Origin: a virus
Length of the DNA: 64,000 nt
IMG/VR virus record: IMGVR_UViG_3300048582_000084
Location: 17,137-81,136 of that record
Direction: 5' to 3' (one strand)
The notes beneath the pieces are model-generated. The model saw only the letters and a program-made list of their open reading frames with translations. It was not told where the DNA came from and did not search any database. Position numbers and translations under genes: made by a program. Within the stretch, counting starts at the first letter, position 1; each line of letters opens with the position of its first letter. This document shows, piece by piece, positions 47,986 through 57,853 of the stretch.

Positions 47986-49614
47986 TTAGTAAATTCCGCC
48001 GAGCTTCTTCATGCCGCGTCGGATGTTGTTACCGCGCGCCCATCGGAGGGCGTGCGTGCAAGAGTCAACAATGTCGTCCTTGGTCCCGTTTGGAAATTCC
48101 AAAAGCTCGCGCTCTACCTCGGGTAGTAGTTCATGGTGCTTCGGAAGAAGTACTGCACCGCTTTCGAACAGTGGACTGACTTCGTCAAAGCGGAACTCCT
48201 TGGACTTGTTGTACGGATTGATAGCAATAAGGGGAGCAGCCATCTTGCCTTGATAGGCCTGAATGAGGCTTTTCCCCGCGCCCGCGTCTTCGATGAGAAT
48301 GGCGCTCGACTTTGTGCGGCGCGCAAACTCGTCTATCAGCTTGACCAATTCAGCAAACTCGACGCGGGCGCGGATGATATCCGTCAAAAAATACCGCTTG
48401 TCGAAGGTCTCGATCCAAGCCGTTCCCACCGTGTAGTCCGACCGGGCGTTTGCGCTGTTGGCCGTGTCGAATGACACGAAGCGCCTCTTAACCATGTTGT
48501 CGGGCGGGAGGTCTTCCCAGTAGCGAAACCAATCTTCCTTCAGTACTCCGTCCCCGTCGTGGACAGGGTTGCACTGGTACATCGTGTTCCAGATGCGGGC
48601 AGGCGTGTTTGCCTTACGAACGATCAGGGACTCGATGGTGTGGTAGTCTGGCCAGAGGGCTTCACCTTCTGCACGGCCTAGTGGGTCGTTCTCCGGATCA
48701 TCGCAGATCGCGGGGAGGATAACGGTGTCCCACTTTTCGCCGCCTCTGGTGGCTGCCTCAATGAGTTCACCGACGATGTCGGCGGGGTGGAAGCGCGTGA
48801 TGACGAGGACGATGTTGCCCCCCGGCAGAAGGCGTGGCGCGAGGTCGCCCTTCCACCACTGGCTTACCTCTTCACGGTGGGCCTTGGAGTAGGCATCCTT
48901 GATCGAAGGGTACAAGTCGTCCGCGATGATGCGCGTGCCCCGGATACCCGAGATGCCACCACCCGCCCCCTTCGCAATGTAGTGCCCTGGCGTGCCGGGG
49001 CGCTGCGGGACCAGCGTGAAGTGGTCTGAGGCTCGGCTGTCCTGCGAGATGTGGGTATTGGGGAATAGAGCCTTGTATCGGTCGGTCTGGAGGATGCCGC
49101 GCACCTTACGGGCGATGGACTTCTCAACGAAATCCTGAGTGTGGCCTGCGGCGATGATCCGCTCATGTGGATTCTGGCCAAAAATGTAGGCGGGCGCAGC
49201 AATCGAACTGTAGACCGACTTGCCGTGACCCATTGGCATGGAGACGATCAACCGGCCGTTCTCGCCGTTGATGAAGCTCGCCTCCAGCTTGTTGATCATT
49301 AGCTGATGGTGGCGCGCTGGATGCCACTCAGGGTCAACGTATTCCGCGAAAGCTGCGAGGTCTTTCGGCGCATCTTCGGCAAGCATCGAATTGTATTGAG
49401 ATTCGGCCCGCTCAATCAAAAAAGCCAGAGCGTCTAGCTGTCCAGCAGGCTCACTCGCGTTCGATAGGGATTGAAGCCAGGAGCGCTGTTGTGGGTTCAA
49501 TGACTTCAGCGAACCCGTCGATTTCAAGTCGGACAGGGCTTGGTCCTGCAAGGCTTTCAAGCGCTTGATTGAGGCCCTCAATGTTAATCGTTGTGTTTGT
49601 CGTGGTGTGTACAT
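47986..49614 (-). CDS. terL: Terminase large subunit (start may be 49386)
   Basis: MPMGHGKS Walker A, IIADD, TRFH..D..G, SFDTA, IEDAGAG, FPNG..DDIVD. Confidence 0.92.
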   Translation of the reverse strand: MYTPRQTQRLTLRASIKRLKALQDQALSDLKSTGSLKSLNPQQRSWLQSLSNASEPAGQLDALAFLIERAESQYNSMLAEDAPKDLAAFAEYVDPEWHPARHHQLMINKLEASFINGENGRLIVSMPMGHGKSVYSSIAAPAYIFGQNPHERIIAAGHTQDFVEKSIARKVRGILQTDRYKALFPNTHISQDSRASDHFTLVPQRPGTPGHYIAKGAGGGISGIRGTRIIADDLYPSIKDAYSKAHREEVSQWWKGDLAPRLLPGGNIVLVITRFHPADIVGELIEAATRGGEKWDTVILPAICDDPENDPLGRAEGEALWPDYHTIESLIVRKANTPARIWNTMYQCNPVHDGDGVLKEDWFRYWEDLPPDNMVKRRFVSFDTANSANARSDYTVGTAWIETFDKRYFLTDIIRARVEFAELVKLIDEFARRTKSSAILIEDAGAGKSLIQAYQGKMAAPLIAINPYNKSKEFRFDEVSPLFESGAVLLPKHHELLPEVERELLEFPNGTKDDIVDSCTHALRWARGNNIRRGMKKLGGIY

Positions 49615-49996
49615 TGTCGTTTTTATCGACTGTCAGGTGCCGCTTCTCGACAAACATGCCAAAAAGTTCCCCGCCCAAGTCTTTGTAGGTTTTCGCGGCG
49701 ATGTCGTACTTGCCCGCCTCTTTCGCCTTCGTGGCGGTATCGAGCATATGACGAATGATGTAGGTCGGGGTCAGCCCCGTGTCCTTGAGGAATTCACCGA
49801 GTTCTTCCTCGGTGTTGCTCTGCATTTCTTTGACGAGTTCATCGACGCGCTTAGAGACGTCGGGCCGCTTGCGAAATGCGGTGGCGTTTCCGGTATTCCG
49901 GCGATATCCGGCGCGAACGTAGGCGTCGATGGTGGAGAGCCCTCGCGCGCATAGCTGCGCGAACTTCTCTCGTTTGGGGTCAGGCAGTACGGGCAA
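49451..49996 (-). CDS. terS: Terminase small subunit
   Basis: REKFAQ..ARG....AY..AGY HTH pattern immediately upstream of terL. Confidence 0.75.
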   Translation of the reverse strand: MPVLPDPKREKFAQLCARGLSTIDAYVRAGYRRNTGNATAFRKRPDVSKRVDELVKEMQSNTEEELGEFLKDTGLTPTYIIRHMLDTATKAKEAGKYDIAAKTYKDLGGELFGMFVEKRHLTVDKNDNVHTTTNTTINIEGLNQALESLAGPSPVRLEIDGFAEVIEPTTALLASIPIERE

Positions 49997-49997
49997 T

Positions 49998-50495
49998 TTA
50001 GGTCTTCAGCTTCAGGTTAGAGATCGAGTACCCCGCCACCACGGCTCCGTAGAGGGCGATGAGTGCCGCCTCGGCCCGGTCGGTGTGCTTCACCAGCTTC
50101 CACGCGGGAGCGCCGCAGGGGAGCAACTGAGAGGCCCTGGCGACCGTCTGCTTCTTGTCGGCTGTGCAGCCCATGCGAGGCTTCCACACACTGGGCGAAA
50201 CCTCGGTGACAGGGAGTCCGCAGGCGCCTGCTGCGCCCAGGACGATCCCGCTCGACCGCCCGAAGGAGAAGGACGACGAGACGCCCATCTGCGGGGACGA
50301 GTGAACCTGCTCCAAAAAAACAGTGTCGGGGATATACTTGTTAAGGATGGCACCGACCAAGACCGGATCGACGTGCCGCTTGTTGTTCTTTTCCTTCGTG
50401 GGCATGTCTTCAATCTGAAGAGTCTGTGCCGCGATATCAATGAAAGCAAACGCGCCGTTTAGTCCTGGGTCGATGCCACAGATTAGTGTGGACAT
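49998..50495 (-). CDS. ruvC: RuvC-like Holliday junction resolvase
   Basis: GIDPG..GA, LEQV, SFSFG, P..WK, DRAEAALIA. Confidence 0.88.
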   Translation of the reverse strand: MSTLICGIDPGLNGAFAFIDIAAQTLQIEDMPTKEKNNKRHVDPVLVGAILNKYIPDTVFLEQVHSSPQMGVSSSFSFGRSSGIVLGAAGACGLPVTEVSPSVWKPRMGCTADKKQTVARASQLLPCGAPAWKLVKHTDRAEAALIALYGAVVAGYSISNLKLKT

Positions 50496-50612
50496 CGGGA
50501 TAATACTTCCTTGTTACCATAAGTATACAATGTTTATGTAATGGCAACAAGCATTGAAAGCTTTAAGTAGTGCAAAAACCTCCGAGACGCGACGCGTCCG
50601 GAGGTCTGTGAG

Positions 50613-50951
50613 TCACTTTTTACTAGGAAAAGGAACGATGTTCTCACCCAGGGGAAGACTCGGCACGGGTTCGCCAGAGGTTTTCTCTTCAGAGGGTTGA
50701 GTATTCGTGACGCCCGTCTTAGCGGCTTCGTAGGCCTTCAAGGCCTCATCGACGGTCGCAAGGATTGCATCAGGCGAATGCCCGCGATGGGCGAGACGCT
50801 GCGCGAGTAGGACCAACAGCCCAGATTCTGGGGAGACGGTCAAATTGTGCGCCAGAGCAAATTCATCCAGCGTCGGGAAGATACGAGACGCGATGAGTAC
50901 CGCAATCTTTTGGTGTTCTGTAATACTCGATTGAGACAATCTAAATCTCAA
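50613..50951 (-). CDS. Hypothetical protein
   Basis: ORF between terminator hairpins; start uncertain. Confidence 0.45.
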   Translation of the reverse strand: MRFRLSQSSITEHQKIAVLIASRIFPTLDEFALAHNLTVSPESGLLVLLAQRLAHRGHSPDAILATVDEALKAYEAAKTGVTNTQPSEEKTSGEPVPSLPLGENIVPFPSKK

Positions 50952-50984
50952 GGGGGTGGAGGCTAAGCCCCCTACCCCTTCATG

Positions 50985-51452
50985 TTATTGTTTCGCACCT
51001 TCAGGAGTTAGCGGCACCAGTATTGGTGCGTATCCGCCTGTGGACGGGTCACGGGTGCCGTCTGGCAGCCGTGTTCGTTCGAACCGAAGGTAGTAGAAGT
51101 AGGTATGGCCGTACTGAGCCAGGACGCTGCCTGTCAGGACGACAGCCAGCGAGTCGCCGCCAGCGACGGCTAGGAAATCCTTGTCAGGATTGAACGTAGC
51201 CAACCGAGCGCGGATTTGCTCGTAGGCATTGCCGGGTCGGAAGCTGGCGACCTGACCCCGCTCGATCAGAACGGAGACCCTCCCCCACCAGCTTAGCGGG
51301 GAGATGTCGATGACTTTCCCGCCGTACTTCGGGATCGTCGGCTCCTGAATCAGATAGACTACCGAGTCATGCTGCGGGTGCTTCCCCTCCCTCACAGGCG
51401 CGGGCGCGCGGTTGGGGAGTGAAAGTGTTGCCCTAGGTGTCATGGTAGACAT
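50985..51452 (-). CDS. Hypothetical protein
   Basis: Strong AAGGAGG RBS. Confidence 0.65.
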   Translation of the reverse strand: MSTMTPRATLSLPNRAPAPVREGKHPQHDSVVYLIQEPTIPKYGGKVIDISPLSWWGRVSVLIERGQVASFRPGNAYEQIRARLATFNPDKDFLAVAGGDSLAVVLTGSVLAQYGHTYFYYLRFERTRLPDGTRDPSTGGYAPILVPLTPEGAKQ

Positions 51453-51470
51453 CGGTGCCTCCTTATTTTG

Positions 51471-51899
51471 CTACCTGTTTATCTGCCGTAGTAGCCTTTG
51501 GGCGCGGTTCCGGATCAGCGTACTTAGGTACTCAACATCCGTTTCGCCTGCGTCGACGCTGTAGTACAGCGCCGTTGTGACAGGGACAACGTAGTCTTCG
51601 GAAGCCAGGGTTTCAAGCGCTTCTTCGTAGGTGAAACCTTCCTCGTCCATAATGTCATCGACTACAGAGCGGAAGGCGCGTCGCAATGAGAAGGTATTCA
51701 TGTCGCCGTCAGAGCGGTATCGGTCGATAGCCTCGTCAACCGCCTCGGCGTAGTCTTCGTCGTTCAAGTTTAGCGTCCTTAGTGTGCGGGTAAAGAAGTA
51801 GTCAAAGCCGTAATACTCAAGAATGGCTGACAAAACCTCCACCGAAGCGGGGGTATAGGAAACAGCCGAATCGTCAGTTGTGCGGTATGCCGCAAGCAT
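51471..51899 (-). CDS. Hypothetical acidic protein
   Basis: AAGGAG RBS. Confidence 0.65.
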   Translation of the reverse strand: MLAAYRTTDDSAVSYTPASVEVLSAILEYYGFDYFFTRTLRTLNLNDEDYAEAVDEAIDRYRSDGDMNTFSLRRAFRSVVDDIMDEEGFTYEEALETLASEDYVVPVTTALYYSVDAGETDVEYLSTLIRNRAQRLLRQINR

Positions 51900-51952
51900 T
51901 TTTCACTCCTTAATATGTACAAAAAGCAGCCAGCGCCGGTTGAGGGCGACAG

Positions 51953-52126
51953 CTACTCTTCGTCGTTCATTCCATAGTTGGATTCCATGAAGTCGTTAAA
52001 TGTTTCCAGCGACATAGCACCATCACGAAGAGAGCGCCAATGGGCGACGACTTCATCCAGTTCTGCTGTCACAGCAAGAGTCTCAATCCGGTGATCTATG
52101 TCATCACCGGCAGTCGGTTGGTTCAT
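51953..52126 (-). CDS. Hypothetical protein
   Basis: ATGA coupling with upstream ORF. Confidence 0.45.
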   Translation of the reverse strand: MNQPTAGDDIDHRIETLAVTAELDEVVAHWRSLRDGAMSLETFNDFMESNYGMNDEE

Positions 52127-52344
52127 TTCCAGCCCCTTGAGGTTTGCATGTGTTCCCATCCCCTAGCGAGAGGATCGGTGTCCGGAGCCTCACGCGGTTC
52201 GCGCATGAGTTCCATTAGGAATTCCTTGATATCTGCCACAGAAGGTGGCGGGGTATTGTTACGCATTTTTTGGTATACTGTAGTCTTTTTCGGGCTGTTG
52301 GAGGGCTTAGGCATATCGCGTAGGTTCCCTGAGATTAGACTCAA
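52123..52344 (-). CDS. Hypothetical protein
   Basis: ORF downstream of the DUF4258-like gene. Confidence 0.4.
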   Translation of the reverse strand: MSLISGNLRDMPKPSNSPKKTTVYQKMRNNTPPPSVADIKEFLMELMREPREAPDTDPLARGWEHMQTSRGWK

Positions 52345-52351
52345 TCGGGCG

Positions 52352-52807
52352 CTACACGGTTTTGATGAGTCTATCCACCCACATGATCGTGAGGATTATG
52401 ATAGATTCAGTCTGGTCGGAGACGAGACACACTATAGCAGCAGTGCGGCCATTCGGCATGGTTAGTGATAGGTTCGCCTTCCATTCTCCTGGCTGGGCTC
52501 CCCTGTCTACTCGGTACGGATAACCTGATGTAACCAGTTTGATTACATCATTATACGAGAATCCTCGCTGTTTTAGACGATCCCTACCAGCATGCGCGGA
52601 AAGGATGGGCTGGTTCCCGTCTCTCAGCCGACGCCTGATCTCTCTGGCGACAGTTTGAGGGGCAGGCTGAGCCCCCAGAATGGAGACAGGCGCGCGCGTA
52701 GGCGTAGGCGTAGGCTTCAGGCACTCCTTTGCGGCTTGAGCGGTGATCAAGGCACGGATACTCCGTGTCGGATATGACTGGCTCTCTCTTGGCCAGACCA
52801 AAAACAC
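52352..52807 (-). CDS. DUF4258-like protein (start uncertain)
   Basis: LSAHA..RLKQRGFS..DV..LV..G...IIILTIMWVD. Confidence 0.6.
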   Translation of the reverse strand: MFLVWPRESQSYPTRSIRALITAQAAKECLKPTPTPTRAPVSILGAQPAPQTVAREIRRRLRDGNQPILSAHAGRDRLKQRGFSYNDVIKLVTSGYPYRVDRGAQPGEWKANLSLTMPNGRTAAIVCLVSDQTESIIILTIMWVDRLIKTV

Positions 52808-52837
52808 GCGCCGTAGCTGTGGCGCGTGTTCGGTGGC

Positions 52838-53494
52838 TCAGTGAGGCCTGCCTTGACGGTAGTAGACGTTCGGGACTCTCTTGGTAGCGACAGCGTCGAT
52901 GTGGCTCTTGGAGGCCTCAAGAAGGCGTTCCTCGACCTCCTGAAGGTCAACGATGGCAGGGCGGCAGAGGTAGACCCCCTCCCACCTAACGACCGCCATC
53001 AGGACGTCCAGCGGCTTCATCGGGTCAGCCTCTTCATCGACAACAGCCTCTGGAATGGGGATCAGCATGACTCCCTCAGGGTGCATCGGATTCTCAGCCA
53101 AGACGTCCATAACGTGCGGTGCATTCACCAGTAGGATATGCTCTGCGATGCGGAGGTCTGTGCCCCCTAGGAATGTCTGCATATGGACGGTCAGCTCAAG
53201 CTGCGCCGAATGCAGCGCCATGAGCTTGCTGTTCACGACTGACGCGACGTAGGCCGAGAACGACGGGGCGACGTTGTCCTTGGGAGCGCAGGCTTCGATA
53301 AGCCAGCTACGGAGTTCGTCCGTCTCAAGGGACGGAAGCTCGTCAACTGTGGAAGCACCTTCGTCTTCGGGATTGCTCTCTGCGGCCTCTTCCGACAGGC
53401 GGATCAACCCAGATAGGTAGACCGCAGTCATCTCATCCACCGCGTTCTCGACAGCCTTGTCGAGAGGCACGAAGACGGGCTTTAGCTCGCTCAC
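52838..53494 (-). CDS. Hypothetical protein
   Basis: 218-aa acidic ORF with phage-like codon usage. Confidence 0.65.
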   Translation of the reverse strand: MSELKPVFVPLDKAVENAVDEMTAVYLSGLIRLSEEAAESNPEDEGASTVDELPSLETDELRSWLIEACAPKDNVAPSFSAYVASVVNSKLMALHSAQLELTVHMQTFLGGTDLRIAEHILLVNAPHVMDVLAENPMHPEGVMLIPIPEAVVDEEADPMKPLDVLMAVVRWEGVYLCRPAIVDLQEVEERLLEASKSHIDAVATKRVPNVYYRQGRPH

Positions 53495-53676
53495 GGCGTG
53501 AACTTCGAAATGACTTCGCTCAGTTCCTCAGCCATCCCCATCGAGATGACAACTTCTGTGCCATCTTGCGAGAAAGCGAGTACGGGGTTTCCGTGTTCGT
53601 CTTCCTGCAAAGACACGGAAACCTCCGCGATGTTACCTTCGTCGTCGGTCACGCTGTAGTTTGTCTTAATACCCAT
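53491..53676 (-). CDS. Hypothetical protein
   Basis: MGIKTNY... coupled to downstream gene. Confidence 0.5.
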   Translation of the reverse strand: MGIKTNYSVTDDEGNIAEVSVSLQEDEHGNPVLAFSQDGTEVVISMGMAEELSEVISKFTP

Positions 53677-53692
53677 TGTAAGTCTCTGATTT

Positions 53693-54172
53693 CTATAGGT
53701 TTTTGACCCAGACTGGTGCCGAGCGCTTCGTCCACTGATGAAGGTGCGCCTTACCGAGACGGTAATAGTTCCGGTACGCGGTGAGGGGGTCTGGATGTTT
53801 GTATTCCTCAGGCATGGCCTGAGGAGGTTCCGTGAGGGGGCCTGGGGCCAGGTTCCTCGGCGGGTCGGAGAGTAGGGTCCACACACGCGATGTGCCGTGT
53901 GTCCTGCCATAGCGGTGCCGGTATTCGTCCAACAAACCGACCAGCATGAGAGCCGCGAAAGCGTAGTTGCTGCGGTTCTCGCGGACCCACACTGTGCAGG
54001 GGTGGTTGGCGTAGGCGGGTTTGTAGATTCCCGAGCGCGCCTCTGCGCCGTCTATGACGTGATGCGCTGTGGAGAGCATCTGCGCCAGTTCAAGAGGCAT
54101 CTTCACGACGTGCCTATCTACATGGAATAGGCACGCACGAATTGGGTTGTGGTCGATGTAGAAGAGGTTCAT
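53693..54172 (-). CDS. Pyrimidine-dimer DNA glycosylase (DenV/endonuclease V-like)
   Basis: MNLF.ID...HVVKMPLE.AQMLST, YKP...NHPCTVW, EY.HRYG..H, QAMP..Y. Confidence 0.85.
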   Translation of the reverse strand: MNLFYIDHNPIRACLFHVDRHVVKMPLELAQMLSTAHHVIDGAEARSGIYKPAYANHPCTVWVRENRSNYAFAALMLVGLLDEYRHRYGRTHGTSRVWTLLSDPPRNLAPGPLTEPPQAMPEEYKHPDPLTAYRNYYRLGKAHLHQWTKRSAPVWVKNL

Positions 54173-54219
54173 GTAAAAACACCACGACGTAGTGTCGTGG
54201 TGTTCTCAAAAGTACTTTA

Positions 54220-57200
54220 TCAATCCAATCGGGTAAGCTGCCAGCGGGACTTGTTGGCGTACTTTGTCGCCGGTTCGATTCTGACCTGTACTCGGTCGCC
54301 GTGTTCGTCTTCAATCGTAAAGATGCGGTTCTTCAACTTTACGAGGTACTTACCAAACGAGATTTTCTGCTGGTTCGGAGCCCCCGGTTGGATGGGGAGA
54401 GGAATCTCTTCATCTTCGAAAATGTTGAATAGCCCCTCGCCGTCAGTTCCGCCACCGACAGTGACAGGCTTCGCTGCGTAAGTATCCCACCAAATGGAAA
54501 CAAGCTGCTTGATTGCATTCCCTTCCTCGTCGGAATCGTCGCGGAGTTCTCCGTCGTTGGTCAGGAAGCCGTCGTAGCCGCAGCACTTTAGGATGCCGCC
54601 CATCACGCGAGACCAGGGCTCAAACGAACCCTTAACCGTCTCAGGTTCTGGGCGTCCTTTGGCGATCCAGTTCTGGATCAGAGTCAGGCAGGCCCAAATG
54701 AGTTCTGCGCGATTTGCCCTAACCCATCCTTCAAGGTCTTTGTGCTTGAAGTTTGCCCGAAGCTCGGGGCGCTCCACCTTGGCATCCAATCGGATGCGAA
54801 CGCAGCGGCGCGCGATCTCGTTGGACAACGTAGGGTTATTGCCCGCGAAAATCCAAGTGTGTCGAACCGGAACCCTCACCGTCTTCGTTTCGCCTAGGAG
54901 GCGATCCGTCCACATCGAAGTGGTGACAGCAGACGCGAGAGCCGACGAGTCAACACGATAGTTGATGTTGTCGAGGTAGAAAGTCGGCGCCGCTTCCAGC
55001 AAGACGCTGGTGATGCGCTTTCGGATTTCGTCCTCGGAGCGCGTTTCTGTCTGGGCAACCGCATCTTCGCCAGTAGAAATCAGCGAGTAGATGTTGACCA
55101 GCTTCGACGCGCCAGTTCCCGGAGTCGGCTTCACGATCAGGTAGATGGGTGTCGATCCGCCGCCGATTAGCTGGCGAGCGAACGGCTGGAGGACCATGCA
55201 AAGAGCGTGCGCCCTCTCCGATTGACCGCCGTGGGGACCGTCGAAGGGAAAGTCCACCAGGGCGTTGCCCATGAGTAGGTCGAGCGCCTTTGCTACCTCA
55301 CCTTCGGAAGGGATATCCGAGATAGGTCGGATGGTCAGCCCGTTCGACGGTTCAAAGAACAGTTGGCTGCTCTTGTCGTAACCCGGCGTTGTTGTGATCT
55401 TTCCGTCCGGCCCGAATACCGGAGCCGTCACGATACCGGTTAGAATAGGAAACGGCGGTGAAGGGTTGGCAAGAATGTCGTTGACGACTGAATTAGGCGG
55501 TTCAGTTTCCTTCATCCCCTCCCCCTTCTCGACCATATAACGGGCGACGCGCGCTAGTTCGTAGCGAAGTTCGTTCGGCCCCATCCGCTGGACACGGGGG
55601 TGGTCCTGTTCGTCGTAGGAAATGCGGTTGATGCTTCCTGCGCTGCGGAATATGAATGGGTCTTTGTCGTTGTAAACCTTCAACGCGTTGAGGGCTTTCT
55701 TGACGGACTCAAGGTGGTCTGTCTCGACAAAGATCGTCACACGATCAGTTATTTTTTGCTCTTCTGCTTTTCGGCGCTTGTCGAGTTGCTGAGCCTTCTG
55801 AGTCTTGGCCTTTTCTTTCTCTTCGTCGCGCTCTGCGCGATGGGCTTCCTTCGCCTGTTTCTGGCGAGCTTCCTCAGCCTCCAGCTTCAGACGGCGGAAT
55901 TCCTTGACGTAATTCTTGTAGACGACGTCGAGGGCAGAACGACCCATCGGAATGTGAAGGTCGTCGCGAAGTCGGCGCGCAAGGGCGTTGAGGGACTCAG
56001 CAGCCTTGATGGGAGGCGTATCGGACTCGGCAAGCCAACGCACGTAGGCGTCGGCTGCCGCACCGTTAGTGACGTCGGTTAGCGCAATTTCATCGGCCGG
56101 TTTAGGGTCCTCGATGGCAGGCGCGGGGTCACTGCCCTCCATCTCGATCAGAAACGCATCATCGGTCAGTACGCCCTCGGGCAGCCATTCCTGCGATATC
56201 ATTTCTGCTACGAAGCTGAGACGGTCCCGTCCTGTGCAGGAATCGTGCATACACTTGATGACGAATCCGCCACCGGGGCTCTCGCCCGCGTTGGTGACGA
56301 AGGTGCCACTACCACCGAAGGCGGTGTGCTGCGATTCGAACGGGCACTCGATGTGCCGGATCGAGTCGTGATCCTTCTCCGTCCTCAGGACGTTCGGGGC
56401 GTATTCTTGCAGGGCATCGTGGATGAGGAACCGGTCGGCGTTCTTAGCCGCCCAGGTCTTCAGATACCGGGGAACGTCGCTTTCCGTGTCCGCGCCCATT
56501 GCGGCGGCTGCGTCGAGAAACGCGTTGCGGGACGGGTGGGGCTTCGGTAGCGCAAAGATGTCGATGGCTTTTCCGGGGTGAACAACAGCCTCGTAGAGGG
56601 CGTCTTTCTCCCTACGAGGTAGGTAGAACAACCGTGAGGTGTCCGTGCAGGACTTATCCACCACAATACCCAACCACGAAGCGAGAGACATGTAAGCTGT
56701 CTCCCAAGCCTTCAACGCCTCAGCCTGAAGCTCCCAATCCCAAACGGACCAGGGGCGAGCCAGCACGAAGATCAGCCGGTTCTTATCCATCGCTGGATGC
56801 TCGACAATGATGACCTTGCCACTATCGGAGGTCATCTCTTCAGCTACGATTCTTGCCTGTTCAGCCACTTCTGGTAGATATCGCTTCTTAGCGACAAGGT
56901 ACTCAGAAATGGTTGCGCCCTCATGTGCCCGAGCGTAGGTGATCCAATCGTCATTCTTGACTTCTGTCTGGTCCTTCCCATGTGAATGGGTCGTGTACCG
57001 GATACAGAACACGCCACGTTCGCGAACGATCTGGTCGATCTCCGTCGATGGCATACCGTTGTCTACGTCGATTCCAACGACGAACAGTTTCTCCATTGCC
57101 CGTGCATTACGCACCCCGCCTTTGGCCTGCCCCTGCAAGAAGCAGGCGCCGTCCTTCGGGCCGATTGTGTGTTGCGTCAGGCCCTGGACGAGTTCGCTCA

Positions 57201-57315
57201 GGGTGTAGTCTCTATTCTTCCACTCGCCGGGTTTCGCACTCTTGTTGCTACCCTTAGCGAGAGTCGCCTTCCAGTCAGGCGGAATGTCAGTTAGGTATGG
57301 TGTATTCGTACTCAC
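54220..57315 (-). CDS. Primase/helicase-like replication protein
   Basis: N-terminal DVD/YTTHSH primase-like motifs, CPF..H...C.H.SC Zn site, coiled coil, C-terminal P-loop-like domain (PGTGASK, LDNI, GNN, RRC). Confidence 0.75.
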   Translation of the reverse strand: MSTNTPYLTDIPPDWKATLAKGSNKSAKPGEWKNRDYTLSELVQGLTQHTIGPKDGACFLQGQAKGGVRNARAMEKLFVVGIDVDNGMPSTEIDQIVRERGVFCIRYTTHSHGKDQTEVKNDDWITYARAHEGATISEYLVAKKRYLPEVAEQARIVAEEMTSDSGKVIIVEHPAMDKNRLIFVLARPWSVWDWELQAEALKAWETAYMSLASWLGIVVDKSCTDTSRLFYLPRREKDALYEAVVHPGKAIDIFALPKPHPSRNAFLDAAAAMGADTESDVPRYLKTWAAKNADRFLIHDALQEYAPNVLRTEKDHDSIRHIECPFESQHTAFGGSGTFVTNAGESPGGGFVIKCMHDSCTGRDRLSFVAEMISQEWLPEGVLTDDAFLIEMEGSDPAPAIEDPKPADEIALTDVTNGAAADAYVRWLAESDTPPIKAAESLNALARRLRDDLHIPMGRSALDVVYKNYVKEFRRLKLEAEEARQKQAKEAHRAERDEEKEKAKTQKAQQLDKRRKAEEQKITDRVTIFVETDHLESVKKALNALKVYNDKDPFIFRSAGSINRISYDEQDHPRVQRMGPNELRYELARVARYMVEKGEGMKETEPPNSVVNDILANPSPPFPILTGIVTAPVFGPDGKITTTPGYDKSSQLFFEPSNGLTIRPISDIPSEGEVAKALDLLMGNALVDFPFDGPHGGQSERAHALCMVLQPFARQLIGGGSTPIYLIVKPTPGTGASKLVNIYSLISTGEDAVAQTETRSEDEIRKRITSVLLEAAPTFYLDNINYRVDSSALASAVTTSMWTDRLLGETKTVRVPVRHTWIFAGNNPTLSNEIARRCVRIRLDAKVERPELRANFKHKDLEGWVRANRAELIWACLTLIQNWIAKGRPEPETVKGSFEPWSRVMGGILKCCGYDGFLTNDGELRDDSDEEGNAIKQLVSIWWDTYAAKPVTVGGGTDGEGLFNIFEDEEIPLPIQPGAPNQQKISFGKYLVKLKNRIFTIEDEHGDRVQVRIEPATKYANKSRWQLTRLD

Positions 57316-57378
57316 TCAGTACTCCAAAGTCGAAGTTAGTCGAGGAATTGTCCTCTGATTTTTCAAAAAGGTGGTCAA

Positions 57379-57624
57379 ATGAAGCTGGCTAGAAAAGTCA
57401 TTGAGGCGGTCGAAGAAAGCCGAATCGAGCTATTCTACGCGGATCGTGGCATGACGAATTATTGGAACAAGCGCCGCGATAAAGGCGAACTGCGTTACTT
57501 CACTGGATGGTATTGGTACATTAAGGGGAAGAACGGAAAAGTCGAATCGGATGAGAACGGGCCATTCAAGTCGAGAATGGCCGCGATCAAGGACTGCTTC
57601 CAGCGGATGCAAATGCGAGTATAG
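57379..57624 (+). CDS. Hypothetical protein (divergent orientation)
   Basis: AAGGTGG RBS; GWYW...GPF motif. Confidence 0.6.
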   Translation: MKLARKVIEAVEESRIELFYADRGMTNYWNKRRDKGELRYFTGWYWYIKGKNGKVESDENGPFKSRMAAIKDCFQRMQMRV

Positions 57625-57638
57625 GGGGTTGGTCTGGT

Positions 57639-57723
57639 TGGTGCGGGCGGAGGGATTCGAACCCCCACGGATTTCTCCACTGAAACCTAAATCCAGCGTG
57701 TCTGCCAGTTCCACCACGCCCGC
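57639..57723 (-). tRNA. tRNA-Leu(TAG)
   Basis: CTGGA-TTTAGGT-TTCAG, long variable arm, GGTTCGAATCC, CCA. Confidence 0.92.
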
Positions 57724-57853
57724 AGGGGGTGAGGGCGGCGATGCTAGTTACCTCGGCTACGACCAGCAAGGCGCGTACCTTCTGTGTGTTCGTTCAGGCT
57801 CTACCGCTTACGTCTTCACCGTAAGGTCCTCAAAAAGGAACCCTTCCGGGTTC

